This document shows, one piece after another, positions 1 to 12,656 of a DNA stretch of 64,000 bases. Numbering within the stretch: position 1 is the stretch's first letter; the number at the start of each line of letters is the position of its first letter. A program made the translations under genes and the position numbers. Under the pieces are notes generated by a model. That model was not told the origin of the DNA. It worked only from the letters and a program-made list of their open reading frames with translations, and did no database searches. The stretch is from Octopus vulgaris (taxonomy: Eukaryota): the NCBI GenBank assembly GCA_951406725.2, contig OX597825.1, positions 55,676,001 through 55,740,000 of the forward strand. Direction: 5' to 3'.

Positions 1-77
1 CTCATCAACGCCTGGCTGATATATTTTCTTAATACACACACACATATATATATATTTATATATATATACACACACAC

Positions 78-141
<64 letters not shown>

Positions 142-663
142 AACATATTATATATACATATTAGAAGAAATAAGGTACTCAGAAATCTGGATGGTTTTAT
201 ATTTACAGATATTTATTAATATGTCACATGTTTTTATAAATCATATATTAGCGCTTGCATCCATTCAAATGGAGTCCTCAGATTGAACTTTTTCAGGAAT
301 TTTGTCTCTTTTTATAGTATTATTGAGTGTGTAAGGGTGCAGAGAGATATAAGATAATACAAAAGTGTGAGGAATGGGGAGAAAGTGAGAGAGTGTGCAT
401 GCATGTGTGTGTGTGTGTGTGTGTGAAATGAATTCACAGCATATAATGCTTTCAGGAATGCATTTAATATGTATGTTTCAGATTTAGTTTGACTCGTTAT
501 TATAACTTATATGACTTGATGCCCAGTACAGACTAGTCTGTACAGGTTCCATTTACGCGGATACTCTACCAAGGATTTGAAGCAGTTTGTTATATCTGAT
601 TCGAGTCGAAAATTCTGGTTTTGTGCATCGCTTCTTGCCACAACACGACACAAAGCACACATG
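1..663 (+). repeat. Near-identical copy of 6666-7332 ending at the assembly gap (probable haplotype/assembly redundancy)
   Basis: Colinear match from catcaacgcctggctg to caaagcacacatg. Only a handful of substitutions, one 1-bp indel and (TA)/(CA) length differences. Confidence 0.93.
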
Positions 664-763
664 NNNNNNNNNNNNNNNNNNNNNNNNNNNNNNNNNNNNN
701 NNNNNNNNNNNNNNNNNNNNNNNNNNNNNNNNNNNNNNNNNNNNNNNNNNNNNNNNNNNNNNN
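664..763. other. Scaffold gap (100 N)
   Basis: Exactly 100 consecutive N. Confidence 1.
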
Positions 764-1354
764 GGGTGCAGAATAAGAATCGATTTTGTTTAAGGTTATA
801 GAACCACTTAAAAGATATATTCTTGGGACTGGGAGAATGGAATTGAGTTAGTATGGGCTGTGCTCAATATATATTCAATTAGATATGACATTCAAAGAAA
901 TATAATGAAAACCAAAAAGAAGTAAACGAAAAAGAAAGGAAAAAGAGGAGAGAAAAGCCAAAAGAGAGAGAAGATATGGAGGAGGAAGAAGAAGGTGGAA
1001 AAGCAGGGGAGGAGTAGGAAGAGGAAAAGGAAAATGTCGAGGAAGGAAAAGAATCTTCACACTGTGAGATTGGTGTTTGCTTTGATAGAAGAACGAGGGA
1101 AAAGTATAATTATAAAGATGAGGAGAGAAAGGGAGTGAGAGAGAAAGAGAGAGAGTGAGAGTGAGGTAGTGAAAGTGAGAGAGAAGGGGGATGTGGGTGA
1201 TGGGGAAAGTGGGAAAAGAAATAGCACGTGCGAGAAAGTGAGAGTGAGAAGGAGTGGTGTTGGGTGTGGGTTTGGGAGAGGGGGGTAAATAGCTCCAATT
1301 TTACTCTTGGGAGCTTTGCAGAAATAAAAGATAGTTGTAGAACTCCCTGAGATA

Positions 1355-2595
1355 ATGGTTGAGTTATTAAGAAGTGGAGAACAGAACAACAGCAGCAAAT
1401 GCAGCAAAAACAGCAACACCAGTGAAGACAGCAACAGCAGCAAAAGTAGTAATAAAATCAACAACAATAACAACAGCTACAATTGTCGCATCAAAAACAG
1501 CACGGAAACAGCAATGACTGCAGTAAAAACAGCACGGCGAGCAACAAAAACAGAAACACCAGCAGCAAAGGCAGCGAAAACAGCAACACCAGTGAAAACA
1601 GCTACACCAGCGAAAACAGCAACGCCAGTGAAAACAGCAACACCAGCAGCAAAGGCAGCGAAAACAGTAACACCGGTGAAAACAGAAACACCAGCAGCAA
1701 AGGCAGCGAAAACAGCTACACCAGTGAAAACAGTAACACCAGTGAAAACAGAAACACCAGCAGCAAAGGCAGCGAAAACAGCTACACCAGCGAAAACAGT
1801 AACACCGTGAAAACAGAAACACCAGCGAAAACAGCAACACCAGTGAAAACAGCTACACCAGCGAAAACAGAAACACCAGCAGCAAAGGCAGCGAAAACAG
1901 TAACACCAGCGAAAACAGAAACACCAGCAGCAAAGGCAGCGAAAACAGCAACACCAGTGAAAACAGTAACACCAGTGAAAACAGAAACACCAGCAGCAAA
2001 GGCAGCGAAAACAGCAACACCAGCGAAAACAGAAACACCAGCAGCAAAGGCAGCGAAAACAGCAACACCAGCAGCAAAGGCAGCGAAAACAGTAACACCA
2101 GTGAAAACAGAAACACCAGCAGCAAAGGCAGCGAAAACAGCTACACCAGCGAAAACAGTAACACCAGTGAAAACAGAAACACCAGCAGCAAAGGCAGCGA
2201 AAACAGCTACACCAGCGAAAACAGTAACACCAGTGAAAACAGAAACACCAGCAGCAAAGGCAGCGAAAACAGCAACACCAGCGAAAACAGGTACACCAGT
2301 GAAAACAGAAACACCAGCAGCAAAAGCAGCGAAAACAGCAACACCAGCGAAAACAGAAACACCAGCAGCAAAGGCATCGAAAACAGCTACACCAGCGAAA
2401 ACAGTAACACCAGTGAAAACAGAAACACCAGCAGCAAAAGCAGCGAAAACAGCAACATTTGGCGAAAACAGCAATAGCAGCAGTCATAGTAAAACAACAA
2501 TAGTAACAACTACTCTACAACTATCGCATGAAAATGACTGCAGCAAAAACAGCAAAGCCAACAGTAAAAAAGAGAAGCAACAGCATCAAGAATAG
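1355..2595 (+). CDS. Possible K/T/A/P-rich repeat ORF (TPxK repeats) split by a 1-bp deletion near 1806; coding status unproven
   Basis: ORFs 1355-1810 and 1483-2595 join into about 413 aa if one base is restored at ACACCGTGA (other units read ACACCAGTGA or ACACCGGTGA). The ATG has A at -3 and G at +4. Confidence 0.25.
1545..2470 (+). repeat. Minisatellite of interleaved 18-bp and 30-bp units (KTATP[A/V] / KTETPAAKAA when translated)
   Basis: Units AAAACAG(C/T)(A/T)ACACCAG(C/T)G and AAAACAGAAACACCAGCAGCAAAGGCAGCG. Both lengths are multiples of 3. Confidence 0.95.
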
Positions 2596-2637
2596 CGAAA
2601 TAGCAACAAGTGTATAACTGAGGTTATTAATTTAAAA

Positions 2638-3665
2638 GAGGTGAGCTGGCAGAATCGGAAGCGCTCTGTATAAAATGCATCGCAGCATTTCTTCCAGCTC
2701 TGTAAGCGCTAGGCTTAAATGCCGCCGTGGTTAACTTTGCCTTTCACCCCGCTTTTGGGATCGATAAAATAAGTACAAGTTGAGTACTGAGGTCGATGTA
2801 ATCGATTACCCCATCCAACATAAAAAAATAGAAATAAAAGCGAAAATATTCAGGCCTTGCGCTTATAAGTAGATAATTTTCTTTAAAGACGACGAATCGT
2901 TAGTACGCCAGACAAAATACTCAATAGCATTTTGTCAATCTTTGTGTTCTGAGTCCAAATTCCCCCGAGACTGACATTTTCATATTTTTGGGGTCGATAA
3001 AATAAGTACCAGTTGAGCACCGAGGTCGATGCAATCGGCAACACTCACACTCACCTAAAAAAATTAAAGCTTTGTGCTTGAAAGTGGAAAATATATTTTA
3101 AAGGCGACGAGCTGGCAGAAACGTTATCACGTTGGGAGAAATACTTAGCTGTATTTCGTCTGCCGCTACATTCTGAGTTCAAATTCCGCCGAGGTCCACC
3201 TTACCTTTTATCCTTTCGGGGTTGATAAATTAAGTACTAGTTACGCACAGAGGACGATATAATCGACTTTATCCGTCTGTCTGTCCTTGTTTGTACTCTC
3301 TGTGTTTAGCCCCTTGTGGGTAGTAAAGAAATAGGTATTTCGTCTGCCGTTACGTTCTGTGTTCAAATTCCGCCGAGGTCGACTTTGCCTTTCATCTTTT
3401 CAGGGTCGATAAATCAGGGTCTAATCGACTTAATCCCTTTGTCTGTCCTTGTTTGCCTCCTCTATGTTTAGCCCCTTGTGGGCAATATAGAAATAAGAAT
3501 TGTTAGCGCACCTAAGAAAATGCTTCGCCGCATTTCTTCCAGACCGTTATGTGTTAAGCGCAGATCCCAGAGTCGATAAAATAAAGTTCCCGTCAAGTAA
3601 GGGGGATGGGTTGACGTAATCGGCTCCCTCAGCTCCCAAATTACTGGCTTTGTGCCAAAATTTGA
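2638..3665 (+). mobile_element. Head-to-tail cluster of 4-5 family-A tRNA-derived SINEs, one with an internal duplication
   Basis: Repeated GAGCTGGCAGAA..CGTTAG head, GAGTTCAAATTCC B-box and GCCTTTCATCCTTTCGGGGTCGATAAA..AAGTACCAG body. Copies start near 2638, 2886, 3103, 3333 and 3497. Confidence 0.9.
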
Positions 3666-4254
3666 AGGTTGTAAGTTACTTCGAAGTTTTGCTGGTCGTT
3701 GATTTGATAAGACATTCTAACCAGACTTTAATAATGTTGTCAACTTTTCTTTTGTATATACATACACCACACTCATATGTATATATGTATGTATGTATAA
3801 ATACACACACACACATATATATATAGCTATTTATGTATGTATATATATACACACACTAATACATATACAAATATATATATATATATATATGAATGTATGT
3901 ATGTATATGTGTTTAGACTCTCATACACAGATATTAGCATACATGTACACAAGCGTAGTGATATATAAGCCAGTAAGATGGCAATTCTTGGTCTTGATAC
4001 GATCTGATGTAATTAAACGCTAACATAATTATTGTTGCCAACAATCCAAACATCGTTATCAAAGATTAAGAATTAAATAAACTAAATCTCCAAATTAATT
4101 GATATAACTCATATATCAGCGAAGAGGAAATATTGTCTGATATGTGTGCGTATGTGGGTGTACATGTATATAACTGTGTGTGTGTGTGTGTGTGAGCGCG
4201 TATACATATATCAATATATGTACATACAAATGTACATATGTGTATATGTACATG

Positions 4255-4323
<69 letters not shown>

Positions 4324-4690
4324 ATATACATACATATATATATACATATATATATGAATATAATAAATATATATAGGTAGATTGACAGATAGAAGCTATA
4401 TATATATTATATATATATATATGTATACATATATGCGCGCGCGCGTGTGTATAATTTATTTACAGAAATGGTTTTCGAAGTATATATTAAGCTATAAATA
4501 ATATGTCTGCAGGAGAGGTGTGCGATCGAGTTCCACGGGCCGCCTCCAACATTTTCTATCGAGAAAGAGTTTTTCAGCCCTATATTTACATGACTAATAT
4601 GTATAGCTTCTTATGTTCTTCGAGAACCAATTTCCAAAAAGGTTCTTTTGACAGTTTTTAAATTCTTACATTGTAAACTATACATATATG

Positions 4691-4740
<50 letters not shown>

Positions 4741-4755
4741 CATATATATATAGTT

Positions 4756-4823
<68 letters not shown>

Positions 4824-5203
4824 TATATGTATGTATATATATATCAGCATAAAACTGCAATTTATGCTGTTTTCCGTTTCCTTTCGTAGTGTACCTGTTC
4901 CACCTTTACACAGCAAATCTATTAATGTTACACTAAACAATGCTTCGCCAAAACTACCTCATATAGTTGAAATTTACAGAAAAATAAAAGACGAATACAG
5001 GTGTATGAACAACAAGCAATGGCAAGGAGGCGTACAGTAGGGCTAAACTTGGATCCACGTAATAGGGAAGCGAACTTCTCACTTACACATTGCACCCAAA
5101 TGAGTTTATTTAAGCATACCTATATTTATAAACTCTCATCCATTGCTAAATGACAATGTTAAATTATTTTGGAATCACTCTTAAATATGTATCCAAGTAC
5201 GAT

Positions 5204-5234
<31 letters not shown>

Positions 5235-5249
5235 GTACACACACACACA

Positions 5250-5288
<39 letters not shown>

Positions 5289-6017
5289 CTATGTAACAAC
5301 TGTTTTATGTATATATATGTATGAGCCAAAGAGGGAGCCATGACGTGCTAACTGCACTTAATAGAAATTGCAGATGAATCTCTTATCCAAGCTGATCAGA
5401 CCAATACCTCCATGAAAATATTTTACCTCTTACTCGCATTCAGTGATCTTAGTAACACCGTTCTGATATGAATACATTTTAAAGCTGATGGTGCCGTACT
5501 TGAGTTTACCATCTAGCTACTCCAGATAGGAAATTAACTTCTCGAAAGAGACTCCGGGACCTGAACGCAATTATCCTTTGGCCAAATCCTTCAAATCGAG
5601 ACAGGAACTAATGTCCAGAATGTTTCCAGACAATCACATCTGAAAATTGTATCTCAATTGAATCTGTAAACGAGCAAGCCTAGCAACAAAAGATGCTGCT
5701 GTTGAACATGTTATTGGAAAATTTATCAAGGAAGAAAACCTGATTCAAAAGCCGAAGACACAATCAGGTCTTAGGATCAGGCAGTAAATTATCTAATCGA
5801 GGTTCTGTATATCCTTCAGCAATTTGGAATTAATCCTCTCGATCTGATGCTGAATTTTGAAGCCTCGATTGGGCCATGTCGTCACTTCGATTCTCCAAAT
5901 CTTTGAAATAGCTCAAAACCCGCCATCAAGAATGTAATGCTCCATGCTTCCTTGGTCACAATCATGTTAGAAAAACAAACTCGAAATGATTGTTTAGTTA
6001 CTTATGGAGCCAATCAG

Positions 6018-6276
6018 TGGAGGTGCGTGGCTTACTGGTTAGGATGTCAGCACCATGATCGTAAGATTGTGGTTTCGATTCCTGGACCGGGTGACGCGTT
6101 TTGTTCTTGAGCAAAACACTTCATTTCACGTGGCTCCAGTTCACTCAGCTGGCGAAAATGAGTAACGCTGCGATGGACTGGCGTCCCAACCAACTGGGGA
6201 ACACATACGCCAGTGAAACCGGGAAACCGGGCCCATGAGCTAGGCTTTAAAAGGGCGCATTTATTATTTTTTTTTA
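6018..6276 (+). mobile_element. Full-length tRNA-derived SINE (family C) with a perfect 16-bp target-site duplication
   Basis: A-box TGGCTTACTGG, B-box GGTTTCGATTCC, CORE-like TGTTCTTGAGCAAAACACTT and a TTA/T tail. TTATGGAGCCAATCAG occurs at 6002-6017 and 6277-6292. Confidence 0.9.
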
Positions 6277-6665
6277 TTATGGAGCCAATCAGACCAAGTT
6301 TGTCATGACCGCCCACTTATAAATCTCAAGGTCACACACTTAAAGTTATAGGGCTAAACAGAGGATTCCTGTCCTTGTGGATGGTCAGTTTAATCTTGGT
6401 GCTTCAACATGAACATGATAGTTTCGTAATCAGAAGTAAAAAAAAAGGGGAAAATAATAAAAAAGTAAAACGATAAAGAAAAAAAAATAGAACCAAACGT
6501 ACGAGAATATTTTTTATGTTGAAACTTTGGGACAAACAAATAAATATATAAGAAAAATCTATATTCTATTTCTATATTTTCTATAATATATTATACTTTC
6601 TATATTTCATTGGTATAAAAGTTTGTATAGTGAGCCAAAATCATGGTGTTACTTTGATACTATAC

Positions 6666-6721
6666 CCCATCAACGCCTGGCTGATATATTTTCTTAATAC
6701 ACACACACATATATATATATT

Positions 6722-6788
<67 letters not shown>

Positions 6789-7331
6789 ATATATATATAT
6801 ATACATATATAAACATATTATATATACATATTAGAAGAAATAAGGTACTCAGAAATCTGGATGGTTTTATATTTACAGATATTTATTAATATGTCACATG
6901 TTTTTATAAATCATATATTAGCGCTTGCGTCCACTCAAATGGAGTCCTCAGATTGAACTTTTTCAGGAATTTTGTGTCTTTTTATAGTATTATTGAGTGT
7001 GTAAGGGTGCAGAGAGATATAAGATAATACAAGAGTGTGAGGAATGGGGAGAAACTGAGAGAGTGTGCATGCATGTGTGTGTGTGTGTGTGTGTGAAATG
7101 AATTCACAGCATATAATGCTTTCAGGAATGCATTTAATATGTATGTTTCAGATTTAGTTTGACTCGTTATTATAACTTATATGACTTGATGCCAGTACAG
7201 ACTAGTCTGTACAGGTTCCATTTACGCGGATACTCTACCAAGGATTTGAAGCAGTTTGTTATATCTGATTCGAGTCGAAAATTCTGGTTTTGTGCATCGC
7301 TTCTTGCCACAACACGACACAAAGCACACAT

Positions 7332-7332
<1 letters not shown>
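6666..7332 (+). repeat. Second copy of the 1-663 segment
   Basis: Direct sequence match to window start. It continues into (CA)n where copy 1 enters the gap. Confidence 0.93.
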
Positions 7333-7389
<57 letters not shown>

Positions 7390-7976
7390 TAGAAAGAAAC
7401 CTCTTCCAAAAAAGGTTAGTGACGTTCTGATAGAGAACTTACAACGTTTTTTAAAAAATAATTAAAATAAAATCTTTTTTATACTTAGTAATAATACACA
7501 CACACACACATACACACACACATACACACACACATACACACACACAGATATGTTTTTATGTTGGTTAAATTTCTAGAAAAAAGAAAAAGGTTGACATTGA
7601 TAATTGACTACGAGATTTCGGATTGCTTGACTTCGTCTGAGTGTCTGACGAAGGTGAGCAAGATGAAGATTCTACTAAAATGTATCGTGTAACCCTTCAC
7701 TTTAATGTTAAATAGCTTTTATATCTAACTTGACTAAACACAAACCTTATTATATAAATGTATATATATGTACACACACACCACACACACACACACACGC
7801 TACGTGTGTGTACACGCATTTATATATATATGCATATACGTGTATGTGTGCGTGTGATTAAATGAAACTTTGCTTGATGTGGCACAGACATACTGAACGT
7901 TTTAATTTTATTTTAGTTGGGGAAAAATCGTTGGATAATGTGATGCCTTTATTTTCTTCAAAGACGAACATACACC

Positions 7977-8035
7977 TGCTTCGACCGAGAATTGAAACCG
8001 GGTCAGGTCATAGTCCCATGAAAGCAGGCGAATTC
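7977..8035 (-). pseudogene. Degenerate tRNA-Gly-like 3' fragment (or tRNA-derived SINE head remnant)
   Basis: Minus strand GACCCGGTTTCAATTCTCGGTCGAAGCA resembles the tRNA-Gly T-arm/acceptor GGCCCGGGTTCGATTCCCGGCCGATGCA. GAATTCGCCTGC lies upstream. The 5' half is missing. Confidence 0.3.
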
Positions 8036-8224
8036 GTCTGTTTTCGTTTGTAGTTTTTATTTCTAAAATTTCTCTGATGTTCGCATTTCTATTAACCTAT
8101 ATCGCTATCTCTCTTGAAGTTAGCTCAAGTTAAGTCTGTCTGAAATTTCTCTATCTCCGTACCATTAGAGTTACGGAGATAGATTGAATTTATCAGTACA
8201 GAAGAGCTATTAATATGTATATGT

Positions 8225-8285
<61 letters not shown>

Positions 8286-8759
8286 TATATGTATGTATGT
8301 ATATATATATATTTATGTACGCCTGTATGTATAAATATGTATATATACATGTGTGTGTATGTGCGTGTTATATATATTTGTATAGTCGTGTGTATGTGAA
8401 AAACACAAGTAAAATTCTTAAATTACCATAGCCCGTTAAATCTATTTTGTCCATAATTCCGCTGGTAATTGGAGCGGCTGCATGTGTACACCAATGCTTC
8501 CGCAAAGATAATATTTCACATGTTTGCCAAATAAAAATAGATAGATGTAAGAATGAATAAATGAATAAATAAAATAAGAAAATATGAAACTACGAAAAAT
8601 CACAACAACAATAAGGGAAGTCAATGTATCTTATGAACACACGTATGCACACAAAACATGACAGAGAGTATAGCATTACACACACACACGAACACACACG
8701 AACACACTCACAGGCACAAAGATATATTTATATATGAATATAATTATATATGTACCGAT

Positions 8760-9245
<486 letters not shown>

Positions 9246-9556
9246 TAAACAATATCTCTCTGATACCCACATATAACGTTTATGCATACATACATACATA
9301 CATACACTTATTTATGAATACGGAAACGTAAATAATTATAGAAATATACAAAGAACATTGAAATAAATATTGGAATAGTAATACTAGCTTGTGTGAATAT
9401 TGCAAGATAAGTTCTTTGAGAATTCTTAATTACCATTTTAATTCTCATCTACATATCCAGCATGACATTCTGTAATAATTCTGTGTTGTAGCAAGAACAA
9501 CGAAGGAAGATAATGTTGCTATCAATATATGAATGAATAAAACCTTGCAGAGCCAT

Positions 9557-10050
<494 letters not shown>

Positions 10051-10149
10051 TAGCATGGTACAAGATGACGAATCTATTACATAGGAAAGCTGTTGTGTAT
10101 AGGTCTCACCTCCCGTTTTAACTGCTTCTATAGAAAGAGGCTCGCTGAT

Positions 10150-10710
10150 AGTTCATTATGAACATGTAGTTGCCTTACAAATTCACAATGGTAAAATTCT
10201 ATGAATGGATCTACAACTTTTGCATACAAAGAGACTACAAGAATGATACGTAATATACATGACATTATTCTCCATTTCAAAAATGACAAAAGGGTACTAA
10301 TTATCGACACAGCAATACCAAATGATTGCAAATTTGCACAAAAGGGAGCCGAAAATCTTAAGGCATTTCACTAACTTCGTTTTTCAATTAAACACATTTT
10401 AGTAGGTAAAGAATGTATCATACCCGTACTTCGATTCGCTGAAATGATACATAAGCGTTTTGTGTAAAGATATTGTAATATTATCTCTAAAGATGGACAT
10501 GTGCACGGTCGGGAAAATAGCAATATTAGGTTCTGCAAACATTGCTGGGTTTAAAGTGAAATTATCTCTAAGAATGGGCTTGAGCACGTTCAGGAAATAA
10601 CAATATTAGGAACTGAAAACATTGCTAGGTTTAATGACAATGTAAAATTACCTCTGAAGATGGACATGGATATGATCGAGAAAATAAAAACGTTAGTAGT
10701 TGAAAGCATT
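10150..10710 (+). mobile_element. Decayed RLE-type (R4/Dong-like) non-LTR retrotransposon C-terminus with a triplicated end
   Basis: 10258-10362 translates HDIILHFKNDKRVLIIDTAIPNDCKFAQKGAENLK, matching the PD..I-IID-A-P-D..KE.EK endonuclease motif. The 81-86 bp units at 10480, 10561 and 10647 read KIAILGSANI-like. Confidence 0.6.
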
Positions 10711-10844
10711 ATTGAGCTTTTTGTCATAAAACATTTTGTTAAACCATGGACATACTATTAAATCGTGAACGACTCTACTAAGATTTCCCGAAAATGTAAC
10801 AAAATCTCGCTTCAAGAGAGGTAATTCTAGATGTTTAGTTCTTT

Positions 10845-10949
10845 ATTTTATCGACCCCGAAAGGAGTATGAAATACAAACTTGACCTCAAAACGTTGCCC
10901 TAAAGCATTTTTATTCCCGAGGCTGAAATGATTCTGCCAGGTCGGTGCC
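10845..10949 (-). mobile_element. Family-A SINE fragment
   Basis: TTTTATCGACCCCGAAAGG and ATTCTGCCAG are reverse complements of the family-A body and head. Confidence 0.7.
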
Positions 10950-11630
<681 letters not shown>

Positions 11631-11754
11631 CTTCCCTATAACGATAATAGTAATGATGATGGTTTCGACGACGACGATGAAAATCTTTTATTTACTGCAA
11701 TAATAATAACATTAATGATTGAGGCTCTTCGCGTCAAAGGGGCGTTGGTGTAAG

Positions 11755-11930
11755 TGAAGGTGGGGATTGAAAACAAACAATCGTTATAAAAGTAATAAGT
11801 GACTTGGGAATAGGACGCAGAGAATTACATCAGCAAATCTTTATGACTTGCACATATACAGATTATAGATAAGAAAGAAAATAGCACCTCTTGATATTGC
11901 ATACCACGTACGCAAGTACAGCAGTGTCCT
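11755..11930 (+). mobile_element. Highly decayed RLE-type LINE C-terminal fragment
   Basis: RWGLKT near 11758 and KIAPLDIAYHVRKYS at 11878-11922, which resembles the QKIALLGTAHILRK end motif. Frameshifted. Confidence 0.35.
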
Positions 11931-12001
11931 ACACTGATAACAGTGAGAAAATAGCGCTACCAGGAAGAATATGCACATAAAACATAGAGGATTTTCTACA
12001 T

Positions 12002-12570
12002 CGTCTTGATATATACATTGAGTTTCTTACGAGGGCTCAAACAATCTGATGGCGTCAGTGGAAGACCAGAGAAAAGATTTATGGACACGCTTCACCCAGC
12101 GCTATTCTGTTCATATTAGAATAAGATTTAAGCGGCGAACTGGCAGAATCGTTAACACGCCGGGCGAAATGCTGAGCGGCATTTCGTCCCGTCTTTACGT
12201 TCTGAGTTCAAATTAAACTGAGGTCGACTTCGCTTTTCATCCTTTCGGGGTTGATGGAATAAGTACTTGTTCAGCACTAGGGGGTCGATCTAATCGGCCT
12301 ATCCCTCACTCGAAATTGATGGCCTTGTGCCAAAACTTGAAAGCAAGCTAGGGTAGAATTTTTTGTTCACTGATATTGCGTTGAAGAACAAACCATATTA
12401 GATGTGATATTTGAGAGACTTCCGCCGCATAATGCAAGACAAACACTGCCCAACTGCAGTGATGTCATTGCCAGAGACACACAACATGGAACTGAGGACA
12501 TTTCAAAGCTAATGAGGGACGGAGGTTTCCTGGTGCACCGTGAAATGCATCTCGGTTGCGGCTGCATGTA
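12002..12570 (+). mobile_element. RTE-like LINE 3' ORF remnant interrupted by a SINE
   Basis: RLDIYIEFLTRAQTI*WRQWKTREKIYGH before the SINE and EQTILDVIF..NCSDVIARDTQHGTEDISKLMRD after it. These resemble the RLDG.YTR.L..A.N.SW..H.T...IYG and Y.DVI.RDTG....L...M.DR motifs of RTE-group C-termini. Confidence 0.55.
12134..12345 (+). mobile_element. Family-A SINE, near full length
   Basis: GGCGAACTGGCAGAATCGTTAACACGCCGGGCGAAATG..GAGTTCAAA..CCTTTCGGGGTTGAT..GGCCTTGTGCCAAAA. Confidence 0.9.
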
Positions 12571-12619
12571 AGAGGAGGCCTTTCAACACAAATCGCGCGA
12601 ACACCACACGTGCGTGCAT

Positions 12620-12656
<37 letters not shown>

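Noticed and set aside
1367-2487. Minus-strand Cys-rich and hydrophobic ORFs and the plus-strand SENSNT frame
   Set aside because: These are alternate-frame readings of the same 18/30-bp minisatellite.
5520-6000. Coding-looking unique sequence (LATKDAAVEHVIGKFIKEEN)
   Set aside because: Only short open stretches between stops, with no motif or splice structure I could support.
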